Below, in pieces: positions 9,296 through 16,996 of a stretch of 64,000 bases of DNA (positions within the stretch are counted from its first letter, which is position 1; every line of letters starts with the position of its first letter). The stretch lies in the NCBI GenBank assembly GCA_963642055.1, contig CAVIFQ010000003.1, positions 1,205 through 65,204 of the forward strand, written 5' to 3'. This DNA comes from Roseburia hominis (lineage in GTDB: Bacteria > Bacillota_I > Bacilli_A > RFN20 > CAG-826). The position numbers were made by a program, and so were the translations under genes. The notes beneath the pieces were generated by a model, which saw nothing but the letters and a program-made list of their open reading frames with translations, made no database searches and was not told the DNA's origin.

Positions 9296-10414
9296 ATGAA
9301 GGCTTTTGAGGAAGTAGAGAAGAATTTCGGCTTCGGTTGCATGAGGTTGCCGCTTAAAGAAGGCAAAGTCGATTATGAAGAATTCAGCAAAATGATCGAC
9401 CTTTTCATGGAACGCGGTTTCAATTATTTCGATACGGCGAAAGTCTATCTCGAGGGACAAAGTGAGACGGCTCTACGCGTCTGCTTGGTTAAGCGTTACC
9501 CGCGTTCGAGTTTCTTCTTCGTCAATAAATTGTCCAATAGCTGTTTCAATAAAGAAGAAGAGATAATCCCCTTATTCAAAAAGCAGCTTGAGGCGACGGG
9601 TTTAGAGTATTTCGACCTTTACCTCATGCATGCCCAAAATAAGCAGATCTTTGAGAAATACAAGCGCTGCCATGCTTATGAGACGGCCTTCCGCCTCAAA
9701 AAAGAAGGCAAAGTTAAGCATGTTGGGCTTTCCTTTCACGATAAAGCTGAGGTGCTAGATGAAATCTTGACCGAATATCCGGAAATCGAAGCCGTCCAGA
9801 TTCAGCTCAATTATCTCGATTTCGATGATCCAGCCATCCAATCGCGCCTTTGTTACGAGGTCTGCGTCAAACACCATAAGCCCGTCATCGTGATGGAACC
9901 GGTGAAAGGCGGCAATTTGGCGAACCTCCCTGATGATGCCAAAGGCTATATCAAGGAACTTCACGGAGGGAGCGAGGCAAGTTACGCCATCCGCTTTGCC
10001 GCCGGTTTCGATAACGTATTCATGGTTTTATCGGGCATGAGCAATATGGAGCAAATGGAAGATAATCTTTCCTTCATGTCCGATTTCAAGAAGCTCGATG
10101 CCCAGGAGATGAAAGCAATTGAAGAAGTGCGAAAGGTCTTTGCCTCAAAGCATCTTATCGCTTGCACGGGTTGCCGTTACTGCGTTGATGGCTGCCCGAA
10201 GAAAATCGCGATCCCCAATCTCTTCTCCTGCATGAACACCCATCGTCTTTATAAAGATTGGAATTCTTCTTATTACTACGAAAACGTCTATACGAAAAGT
10301 AACGGGAAGGCGAGCGACTGCATTAAGTGCGGCAAGTGCGAAAAATCGTGCCCTCAGCATCTTCCGATCCGCTCTCTTTTAGTGGAAGTCGCCAAAGAAT
10401 TCGAGAAGAAATAA
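9296..10414 (+). CDS. aldo/keto reductase fused to a C-terminal 4Fe-4S ferredoxin-like domain
   Basis: 372 aa; AKR N-terminal 280 aa, then CTGCRYCVDGCPKK...CIKCGKCEKSCPQHLP (two Cys clusters). Confidence 0.8.
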   Translation: MKAFEEVEKNFGFGCMRLPLKEGKVDYEEFSKMIDLFMERGFNYFDTAKVYLEGQSETALRVCLVKRYPRSSFFFVNKLSNSCFNKEEEIIPLFKKQLEATGLEYFDLYLMHAQNKQIFEKYKRCHAYETAFRLKKEGKVKHVGLSFHDKAEVLDEILTEYPEIEAVQIQLNYLDFDDPAIQSRLCYEVCVKHHKPVIVMEPVKGGNLANLPDDAKGYIKELHGGSEASYAIRFAAGFDNVFMVLSGMSNMEQMEDNLSFMSDFKKLDAQEMKAIEEVRKVFASKHLIACTGCRYCVDGCPKKIAIPNLFSCMNTHRLYKDWNSSYYYENVYTKSNGKASDCIKCGKCEKSCPQHLPIRSLLVEVAKEFEKK

Positions 10415-10484
10415 AAGTGAAAAACGAAAATTTCGATGGCTTTTTGCGCCGATAATCGATTTTTCGCCCAATTTGGGATTGAAA

Positions 10485-10520
10485 CAAAAAAACGGCCAAG
10501 AGGCCGTAATAATCTTTTTT
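10485..10520. terminator. bidirectional terminator (ends the tRNA operon on - and the AKR gene on +)
   Basis: A8-cggcc-aaga-ggccg-...T6; on the minus strand the hairpin is followed by the U-tract right after tRNA-Leu. Confidence 0.7.
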
Positions 10521-10605
10521 GGTGCCCGAGACCGGACTCGAACCGGTAAGGATTTAACTCCATTGGATTTTAAGTCCAACGTGTTTACCATTTCACCACT
10601 CGGGC
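10520..10605 (-). tRNA. tRNA-Leu(TAA)
   Basis: Manual fold: acceptor GCCCGAG/CTCGGGC, anticodon arm TTGGA-CTTAAAA-TCCAA, long variable arm, T-arm CCGG-TTCGAGT-CCGG, encoded CCA. Confidence 0.85.
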
Positions 10606-10664
10606 ATCTGGCTTTTGAAGAGAAACGCCTCCATGCGCCTACGCGCCGGAGGCGATTGCTTCGT

Positions 10665-10739
10665 TGGTCTCCCGTGACGGGCTCGAACCGTCGACCCCTT
10701 GATTAAAAGTCAAGTGCTCTACCACTGAGCTAACGGGAG
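10665..10739 (-). tRNA. tRNA-Lys(TTT)
   Basis: D-arm GCTC-AGTGGTA-GAGC, anticodon arm CTTGA-CTTTTAA-TCAAG, T-arm GACGG-TTCGAGC-CCGTC, encoded CCA; position 1 is C pairing G72, which is unusual. Confidence 0.8.
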
Positions 10740-10743
10740 ATTA

Positions 10744-10818
10744 TGGCTGGGATGGCTGGGATCGGACCAGCGAATGACAGAGTCAAAGTCTGTTGCCTTA
10801 CCACTTGGCTACATCCCA
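10744..10818 (-). tRNA. tRNA-Gln(TTG)
   Basis: U1-A72 acceptor TGGGATG/CATCCCA as in bacterial tRNA-Gln, anticodon arm ACAGA-CTTTGAC-TCTGT, encoded CCA. Confidence 0.8.
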
Positions 10819-10822
10819 AGAA

Positions 10823-10906
10823 TGGTGGGCGAAGATGGATTTGAACCACCGAACCCTGAGGAGCTGATTTACAGTCAGCCGCGTTTGGCCACTTCGCTAT
10901 TCACCC
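10823..10906 (-). tRNA. tRNA-Tyr(GTA)
   Basis: Acceptor GGGTGAA/TTCGCCC, anticodon arm GCTGA-CTGTAAA-TCAGC, long variable arm (class II), encoded CCA. Confidence 0.8.
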
Positions 10907-10939
10907 ACTGATTTCGTCACCGCACGTTAAGGCTAATGA

Positions 10940-11014
10940 TGGTGGATGCTACAGGTTTCGAACCTGTGACCCCCGCCTTGTAAGGGCGATGCTCTCCCGC
11001 TGAGCTAAGCATCC
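10940..11014 (-). tRNA. tRNA-Val(TAC)
   Basis: Acceptor GGATGCT/AGCATCC, D-arm GCTC-AGCGGGA-GAGC, anticodon loop CTTACAA, T-arm ACAGG-TTCGAAA-CCTGT, encoded CCA. Confidence 0.85.
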
Positions 11015-11045
11015 ACAAGAGTGCGCCCGCAAAACGTGCCCAATA

Positions 11046-11074
11046 AATATACCATTGAGGTTTATGCCCGTCAA
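11046..11074 (-). promoter_or_regulatory. sigma-A-type promoter of the tRNA operon
   Basis: Minus strand TTGACG -17 nt- TATATT about 30 nt upstream of tRNA-Val. Confidence 0.6.
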
Positions 11075-11078
11075 CGAA

Positions 11079-11103
11079 TAAAAAAGCCCTTTTTCAGGGC
11101 TTG
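11079..11103 (-). terminator. Rho-independent terminator after pgi
   Basis: Minus strand aagccc-tgaaaaa-gggctt followed by U6. Confidence 0.75.
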
Positions 11104-11123
11104 TGATTTGTGGGATAAATCCT

Positions 11124-12410
11124 TTAGAATCCAGGCTTCCCAAGAAGGTGGAACATATTGTGTTTGTACACCTCAACGCCAGGTTGATTGAAGGGATTTA
11201 CTTCGTTGAGATAAGCGCTCATCGCGCAGGCTCTTTCCATGAAATAGAAGAAGTAGCCGAGGTTATGTGCGCTCATTTCCTCCATTTCGAGGACGACGTT
11301 GTCGTTTTTGCCAGTGTCGGTGTGGGCGCGGATAGTCCCTTCAAGAGCTTTATCTTGGACCCAGCCGAGATCTTTGCCGGCTAGATAGTTAAGACCGTCG
11401 AGATTCTGCGCATCATGAGGCAAAGGCAAGGAATCGCGGTGTTTATTTAAGCGGAGAGTCGTCTCGAAGAAAACCTTCGTGCCTTCTTGGATGAATTGGC
11501 CCATCGAGTGGAGGTCGGTGGTGAAAGTGGCGCTTGCTGGGAGGAGTCCCTTGCCGTCCTTTCCTTCGCTTTCCCCGAAGAGCTGTTTCCACCATTCCCC
11601 GATTTGGACGAATGAAGGAACATAGGTAATGAAGAATTCGACGGATTTATGGTACTTTTGGTACATCTCGTGACGGATCAAAGCGTATTTGTAGCACTCG
11701 TTCTCGTCAATATTCGGATTTGAGCAGTCGATTCTGGCTTCGGCACTTCCTTTGAGGATTTCCTCAGGGTCGATGCCAGCAACGGCGATTGGGAAGAGAC
11801 CGACGGCGGTTTGAACGCTGTAACGGCCACCGATATTGGCTGGGAGGACAAAGCGGACGTAGCCTTCGTTTTTGGCGAGAGTCAAAAGGGCGCCGTTATC
11901 TTTATCAGTGGTGGCGAAGATCGATTTTCTAGCCATCTCGACGCCGACGTTTTTCTCTAGCAATTCTTTGAGCAAACGGAAAGAGACGCTTGTCTCAGTG
12001 GTGGTTCCGCTCTTGGAGATGACGTTGATGGCGAATTTCTTGCCTTTTAGATAGCTTAAGACTTGTGAGACATAAGTAGGATCGAGGGTTTGACCCATGA
12101 AGATGATCTCTGGTTTGTTCTTGCCGTATAGTCCATTAATCGCTTCAATGGCGGCTCTTGCCCCCAAATAGCTTCCGCCGATGCCGGCGACGACGAGCAC
12201 ATCGTAGTTTTCACGGACGTATTTCGCGCTTTCTTTGATGAGCTCAAGCTCCTTCTTGTCATAATTGATTGGATAGTCGACCCATCCTAAAAAATCGGAA
12301 CCTTTGCCCGTTCCATTTTTGATCATGGCGTCGATTTCGGCTACTTTCTCTTTGTATTCGCCGTAATTTACCTTGTTTACGAGATTTTCATCTTTGCATT
12401 TGATGATCAT
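11124..12410 (-). CDS. pgi: glucose-6-phosphate isomerase (short Firmicutes type)
   Basis: 428 aa; SIS-domain PGI blocks (GIGGSYLGARA, FGESEGKDGKGL, start MIIKCKDENL... typical of Gram-positive Pgi). Confidence 0.85.
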   Translation of the reverse strand: MIIKCKDENLVNKVNYGEYKEKVAEIDAMIKNGTGKGSDFLGWVDYPINYDKKELELIKESAKYVRENYDVLVVAGIGGSYLGARAAIEAINGLYGKNKPEIIFMGQTLDPTYVSQVLSYLKGKKFAINVISKSGTTTETSVSFRLLKELLEKNVGVEMARKSIFATTDKDNGALLTLAKNEGYVRFVLPANIGGRYSVQTAVGLFPIAVAGIDPEEILKGSAEARIDCSNPNIDENECYKYALIRHEMYQKYHKSVEFFITYVPSFVQIGEWWKQLFGESEGKDGKGLLPASATFTTDLHSMGQFIQEGTKVFFETTLRLNKHRDSLPLPHDAQNLDGLNYLAGKDLGWVQDKALEGTIRAHTDTGKNDNVVLEMEEMSAHNLGYFFYFMERACAMSAYLNEVNPFNQPGVEVYKHNMFHLLGKPGF

Positions 12411-12425
12411 GATTTTTCTCCTTAT

Positions 12426-12779
12426 TTATTCGTGAGAGGAGGAAAGGCTTTCCTCCACCCATTTTGCCAAATTGTTGCGCAGCATCGAGCAATCCACTTC
12501 GCTAGAAGGGATTTTTTTCTTTTTGAAGTAGTGGCGGTTATGCCCCTCGCCGAGTTTTTTCTTGGAAACGCGGATTGAATGGTTATTCTCGTCAATATCG
12601 ATGATTTTGACTTTGTGAATGCTCCCAACGGGGAGAGAGGAGGCCAAACTGAGGATGAACTTTTTGCTGACTTCCGAGATATGTAGCAGTCCTGTTTCGC
12701 CATCGTCAAAAAGGACGATTGCGTAGCGAGGGTAAACGCGCACGATTGTTCCTTCCGTTATATCACCGACTTTATACAT
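12426..12779 (-). CDS. S1 domain RNA-binding protein (YugI/GSP13-like)
   Basis: 117 aa; S1 fold start MYKVGDITEGTIVRVYPRYAIVLFDDGETGLLHISEV; start overlaps the ispD stop by 8 nt. Confidence 0.7.
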   Translation of the reverse strand: MYKVGDITEGTIVRVYPRYAIVLFDDGETGLLHISEVSKKFILSLASSLPVGSIHKVKIIDIDENNHSIRVSKKKLGEGHNRHYFKKKKIPSSEVDCSMLRNNLAKWVEESLSSSHE

Positions 12780-13476
12780 AATTTTGTTTTGAGAGAAAGA
12801 CCGTTTTATCGAATGGCTCGGTTATCTTGATATTGTTTTTCTCACCGATAACGATGCTTGAGGCTATTCCTAATTCTCCTAGTAGCAACGAACCTTCATC
12901 AGTATAGAGCTTTTCTCTTTCCTTGGCTTTATTTTCTGCTTCCAAAAGCAGGGAGAAGCGGAAAGTCTGCGGGGTTTGGAGCGCATATATCTTTGAGCGG
13001 TCAAGATAAGAGCGTATAGTCCCATTTTCCGAAAAAGCGAGAGAATCGCTGGCCGGTATTGCCGTAACGGCAGCGCCTTTTTCCCTTGCTATGCGGATAT
13101 TCTCGGAAATCATTTTTTCGCTGATGCTTGGTCGATCGCCATCATGGATTAGTACGATATTGTTACCATCGATATTCTCGTTAGCTAAAAAAGAGAGGGC
13201 TAAAAAGACGCTCTCTTGACGGCTATTTCCGCCACAAATGATGTGACGATTTTTCGTTAAGCCGGCTCTTTTGAGGATTTCCTCGGTTTTCTTTTCGAAA
13301 TTCTTAGGAACGACGAAGACAATGGAGGAAATATAGGGTGAGGAATCGATGGTTCTGGCAGCATAAAGAAAAAGCTCTTGTCCGCCCATTTGGATGAACT
13401 GTTTCGGGAAAGGCGAATTGAAGCGCTCGCCTTTTCCAGCCATTAGCAATATTGCGGTAGCCGTTTCTTTTTCCAT
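12772..13476 (-). CDS. ispD: 2-C-methyl-D-erythritol 4-phosphate cytidylyltransferase (IspD/TarI family)
   Basis: 234 aa; AILLMAGKGERF...PKQF, VLIHDGDRP, LQTPQTF and TDEGSLL blocks of IspD; a TarI-type (ribitol-5-P) specificity cannot be excluded from sequence alone. Confidence 0.8.
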   Translation of the reverse strand: MEKETATAILLMAGKGERFNSPFPKQFIQMGGQELFLYAARTIDSSPYISSIVFVVPKNFEKKTEEILKRAGLTKNRHIICGGNSRQESVFLALSFLANENIDGNNIVLIHDGDRPSISEKMISENIRIAREKGAAVTAIPASDSLAFSENGTIRSYLDRSKIYALQTPQTFRFSLLLEAENKAKEREKLYTDEGSLLLGELGIASSIVIGEKNNIKITEPFDKTVFLSKQNYV

Positions 13477-13614
13477 GCGGGCTCTATCTTAGCATATTTT
13501 CTTTTGTGCATGGGCCTTCGCGCTTCTTCTTCCTTTAGGAAGGCATTTTTTCGATTTCCTATATTATTCTTTTCCCCTTCATAGTATTGTTTTCTTAGGA
13601 AAGGAAGCGTGTTT

Positions 13615-13848
13615 ATGGACTCATATATCAAATGGATGGAAAAGAATCCGAAGTGGCTTAAGCTTGTGCTCTGCATTTCGGTTCTCGATATTTCCTGGGC
13701 TATTTGGAGAATCTTGAAAGCCGTCAAACACAACAATACCCTTGAGCTCGTGCTCGGTATCTTGTGGATTTTGTTCGGCGGGACCGTTGGCTGGATTCTT
13801 GATGTCGTTTTCATTGCCCTATTCGACTACCCATTCTGGTTCAAATAA
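13615..13848 (+). CDS. small membrane protein (2 predicted TM helices)
   Basis: 77 aa from ATG 13615 (RBS aaggaag 7 nt upstream); hydrophobic; preferred over the antisense 123-aa ORF that overlaps ispD. Confidence 0.5.
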   Translation: MDSYIKWMEKNPKWLKLVLCISVLDISWAIWRILKAVKHNNTLELVLGILWILFGGTVGWILDVVFIALFDYPFWFK

Positions 13849-13862
13849 AAAAGGGGAAATAG

Positions 13863-13895
13863 AAAAGCGCCGGTGATTCGCTCCCGGCGCTTTTT
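13863..13895. terminator. bidirectional Rho-independent terminator
   Basis: aaaa-agcgccgg-tgattcgctc-ccggcgct-ttttt. Confidence 0.75.
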
Positions 13896-13901
13896 GCGTC
13901 T

Positions 13902-14732
13902 TTATTTGTTTTTGTTCTCTCTTTTTCCGAGGGTCTCGTTGATGGCAACGCCTTGGATAATGAGATGCATGACTTTATCGAGTTCTTTCCCTTCTCGGTA
14001 GTCCGCTGGGCAAACATAATTGACGCGCCCATCGCGGTAGAGGTCCTGAACTTTTTCCTCTTTCCCCTTTCCGTATACCGCGATTGATTTGCCACCGTTA
14101 TTTTTCGCGATGATCATGGCGGGGATGTCGGTCATCCCGTCTCCGATATAGACGATATTGCTGTAGGGGATACGGTGAAGTGGGGTTTTCGCATTCACGC
14201 TCACATCATCGCTCAAGTCGTAAGCGCCTTTGCTGATGCGGTAGAAGTACTGCGTCTTCTGGGTGTAATTGATGACTTGCTTCGGCCAAATCGGCTCTTT
14301 GGTCACTGGATCGAAGAGATATTCGCAGGCATATAGAGCTCGGAATTCCTTGGCGATTGAGCAGCCTTCGACGATTTCTTTGTTGCCGCTTGAGATTAAA
14401 TAGTGCTCGACTTTGATTCCGAGATCGTTGCCAAAGGAATTAATGCGCGAGAACCATTCCTCGACTCCAGGGAAGAACTCAACGCTTTTCCCCATTTCCC
14501 TCATCCAGTCCCGCGTCATCTTCACGCCTTTCTCTTTGGCGGTTTTCATCATCATATATAAATAGGATAGGGTTCTTTCTAAACCTGTCTTTTCGCTCAG
14601 TTCCGTGGTTTTGCCCCAGAAATCGGCTGGTGTCATTCCCATGGCTGGGATGAAGCCGAAATTCTGCATATCGCTGGTTGCGAGAGTGCTATCGAAGTCG
14701 TAGCAGATGGCAACGATCGGTTTTCTAGCCAT
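13902..14732 (-). CDS. HAD-superfamily hydrolase (subfamily IB/MtnX-like)
   Basis: Start at ATG giving MARKPIVAICYDFDSTL (RBS aggagg); DxD motif I, IGDGMTD motif IV. Confidence 0.7.
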   Translation of the reverse strand: MARKPIVAICYDFDSTLATSDMQNFGFIPAMGMTPADFWGKTTELSEKTGLERTLSYLYMMMKTAKEKGVKMTRDWMREMGKSVEFFPGVEEWFSRINSFGNDLGIKVEHYLISSGNKEIVEGCSIAKEFRALYACEYLFDPVTKEPIWPKQVINYTQKTQYFYRISKGAYDLSDDVSVNAKTPLHRIPYSNIVYIGDGMTDIPAMIIAKNNGGKSIAVYGKGKEEKVQDLYRDGRVNYVCPADYREGKELDKVMHLIIQGVAINETLGKRENKNK

Positions 14733-14811
14733 TATTCTTCCTCCTAGAGGGTAAATAAGTGTAAAACTCTTTACCGTTTTCGTCAAATTTCGTGAAAAGA
14801 ATGGCGCTTTT

Positions 14812-15420
14812 GTGCGGTTTTTGAAAAAGAGGCATCAAAAAATCGACGTTATTTTTCCCAAAAGGGAGCGAAGAGGATATAGAATAGTTGCCGTTATGTT
14901 TTGGCGCATTTTTGCTTTAGTTGTAACCATAATGCTCGTCCTATATCTAATCGGGTTTTTCTATTGCTTCGCCTTGCTCCATTCCTTCAAAAAGAAACTT
15001 AAAAAACGCATTGTCGGCGTTTCCATCGTTTTCAGTGAGAAGAAAGAGATTTTGCTCGCTCTTGATGCCTATTATAGAGACGCGAAAATGGAATATGAGG
15101 AAGAAGATCTTGCTTGCGTACGCGAAGTAGCGTCCTTGAATAATGGACGCATCAAGGAAGCTGATATCCCTTATTACCGCGATTCGCTGCAAAAATTAGA
15201 GAAGAGATTGCGCTTTAAAGCCGATTCGAATAGCTGGATCAAAGCCGGAAGCGATTACGAGACGATGACTTCCTTTTTATCTGACCTCAATAAAAATTAT
15301 CGAAGAATTGTCGCGATATATAACAGCGATCTACTCGGTTATGAGTATTGGCGGAGGCGTTGGCCTTACCATTATCTTTTCGTTTTGCTGGGATTCCGGA
15401 AAAAAGAGCGTCTCAATTAG
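14812..15420 (+). CDS. hypothetical membrane-anchored protein
   Basis: One N-terminal TM helix then a charged soluble domain; start uncertain (GTG 14812 or ATG 14896); 4-nt convergent overlap with the ABC-F gene. Confidence 0.4.
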   Translation: MRFLKKRHQKIDVIFPKRERRGYRIVAVMFWRIFALVVTIMLVLYLIGFFYCFALLHSFKKKLKKRIVGVSIVFSEKKEILLALDAYYRDAKMEYEEEDLACVREVASLNNGRIKEADIPYYRDSLQKLEKRLRFKADSNSWIKAGSDYETMTSFLSDLNKNYRRIVAIYNSDLLGYEYWRRRWPYHYLFVLLGFRKKERLN

Positions 15421-16946
15421 AAATAAAGTTCATAATCGACGAGCCCGTCATAGAAGTCTTTTTCATGGCTGACGATGATGACTCCGCCCGGAAAAGATTC
15501 AATAGCCTCGAAGAGGGCGTCTTTTGCTTTCTGATCCAAGTGGTTGGTAGGTTCATCAAGGACCAGGAAATTGGTTTTCTTCAAAGTCATGGCAGCGAAT
15601 CTTGCCTTTGTGACTTCTCCTCCCGAAAGCTCGCTCATTTTTCTCATCGCAAGCTCTTTTCTCACGCCGACCGCCCCGAGGGCGCTCCTGACTTGAGTGT
15701 TGTTGAGCGAGGGGTAAAGAGAGTGGATATAGTCAAACGGGGTTAAGGAAAGATCGATTTTTTCATCTTGGCTGAAGTAATTGATGGTGGTGCCCTCTAG
15801 CCAATGATATTCGCCTCCTAAAGAGGGAATGATTCCTAAAATCGTTTTCAAAAACGTGGTTTTACCAACGCCGTTTTGACCTAAAATCGCAATCTTCTCG
15901 CCACGTTTCAAAACGAAGGAAATCGGATCAAGCAGCGGGGTTTTGTAGCCGATATTGAGCATTTCGACCTTCAAAGGAAGCTCTCCGACATCGTGAGTGA
16001 AAGGGAAGAGGAAGTGGACCCGTCCTTCTTCTTTGCCAGGCGCTTCCATCACGTCTAGATGGGCTAAACGGGCGCGGTGGCTTTTTGCCGCTTTTGAAGA
16101 GGTGGCTCTCACGATGTGCTTCGCGATGAATATCTCCTCTTTTTTGATGTAGCGTTGCTGTGCTTCATAATTCTTCGCATATTGTTCTTTGTCGAGCTCA
16201 TGCTGAGACAAGAAGTGGTCATAATCGCCCTTGTAACGGGTGATGGTTCCATTTTCCAAAACGAAGACGACGCCTGCTATTTTTCGGAGGAATTCTTGAT
16301 CGTGACTCACCACCAAGAAAGCCTTTGGGTAAGAAGAAAGATATGAGCTGAGCCACGTGACTTGGCTCTGATCGAGGAAGTTGGTTGGCTCATCCATCAA
16401 AAGAACGTCTTTTTCTTCAAGCAGCATCTTCGCTAGATACGCTTTTTCTCTTTGTCCGCTCGAGAGTTCGCGAAGCGGCATCTCAAGATGGCTTTTTGGG
16501 AAACCTAAGCCATCGACCAGGCGCCCGACTTTCTCTTCCAAAGCATAAAAAGAGGCATCATTGAGCTCATTTTGGATACGTTCGGCCTTTTCGAGGAGCT
16601 TTTCGAAATTCTCGCTCGTTGTTGCTTCTTCGTAATACTGTTCCATGAGTTTCTCTTTTTTGAAGAGATGCTCGTAGACCCCGTATAAGTATTCGCTGAC
16701 CGTGATATCTTGCTTAACTTTGAGCTGCTGATCGAGATAAGAATAGGTTACGTGCGGTTCCCAGACGATTCTTCCTTCATCCGGCAAAAGCTCTCCGACA
16801 AGAAGATTCAAGAGGGTCGTTTTGCCTGACCCGTTGATGCCTACGAGCGTGCAGTGCTCACCAGGGTTAATCTTGAAAGAGACTTTTTTGTAAAGTTCTT
16901 TGTCGCTGTAGTTATAAGTTAGATTCTCAACGCTGATTAAGGCCAT
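15417..16946 (-). CDS. ABC-F family ATPase (tandem ABC domains, no TMD; translation-factor/ribosome-protection type)
   Basis: 509 aa; two Walker A sites (GINGSGKTT, GQNGVGKTT), two signature motifs (LSGGQREK, LSGGEVTK), interdomain linker. Confidence 0.85.
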   Translation of the reverse strand: MALISVENLTYNYSDKELYKKVSFKINPGEHCTLVGINGSGKTTLLNLLVGELLPDEGRIVWEPHVTYSYLDQQLKVKQDITVSEYLYGVYEHLFKKEKLMEQYYEEATTSENFEKLLEKAERIQNELNDASFYALEEKVGRLVDGLGFPKSHLEMPLRELSSGQREKAYLAKMLLEEKDVLLMDEPTNFLDQSQVTWLSSYLSSYPKAFLVVSHDQEFLRKIAGVVFVLENGTITRYKGDYDHFLSQHELDKEQYAKNYEAQQRYIKKEEIFIAKHIVRATSSKAAKSHRARLAHLDVMEAPGKEEGRVHFLFPFTHDVGELPLKVEMLNIGYKTPLLDPISFVLKRGEKIAILGQNGVGKTTFLKTILGIIPSLGGEYHWLEGTTINYFSQDEKIDLSLTPFDYIHSLYPSLNNTQVRSALGAVGVRKELAMRKMSELSGGEVTKARFAAMTLKKTNFLVLDEPTNHLDQKAKDALFEAIESFPGGVIIVSHEKDFYDGLVDYELYF

Positions 16947-16996
16947 ACGATGAATAAATATAGCAAAAGTAACGATGTTTCTTAACGAAAAGACTT

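Noticed and set aside
9016-9460. ORFs of 77 and 117 aa on the minus strand in the 8954-9295 gap
   Set aside because: No RBS, odd composition, and they overlap the structured-RNA candidate and the AKR start; treated as non-coding.
10740-10760. Apparent tandem repeat ggctgggat x2
   Set aside because: Explained by the T-stem (CCAGC) and acceptor stem (TCCCAGCCA) of tRNA-Gln, not a repeat element.
10485-11110. tRNA cluster as a genomic-island integration site
   Set aside because: No integrase, direct repeat of a tRNA 3' end, or compositional break nearby. Flanks are pgi and an AKR gene.
13443-13814. 123-aa minus-strand ORF overlapping the ispD start
   Set aside because: It overlaps ispD by 34 nt and the more plausible plus-strand membrane ORF (good RBS at 13601-13607). 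Its composition is unremarkable and it has no RBS.
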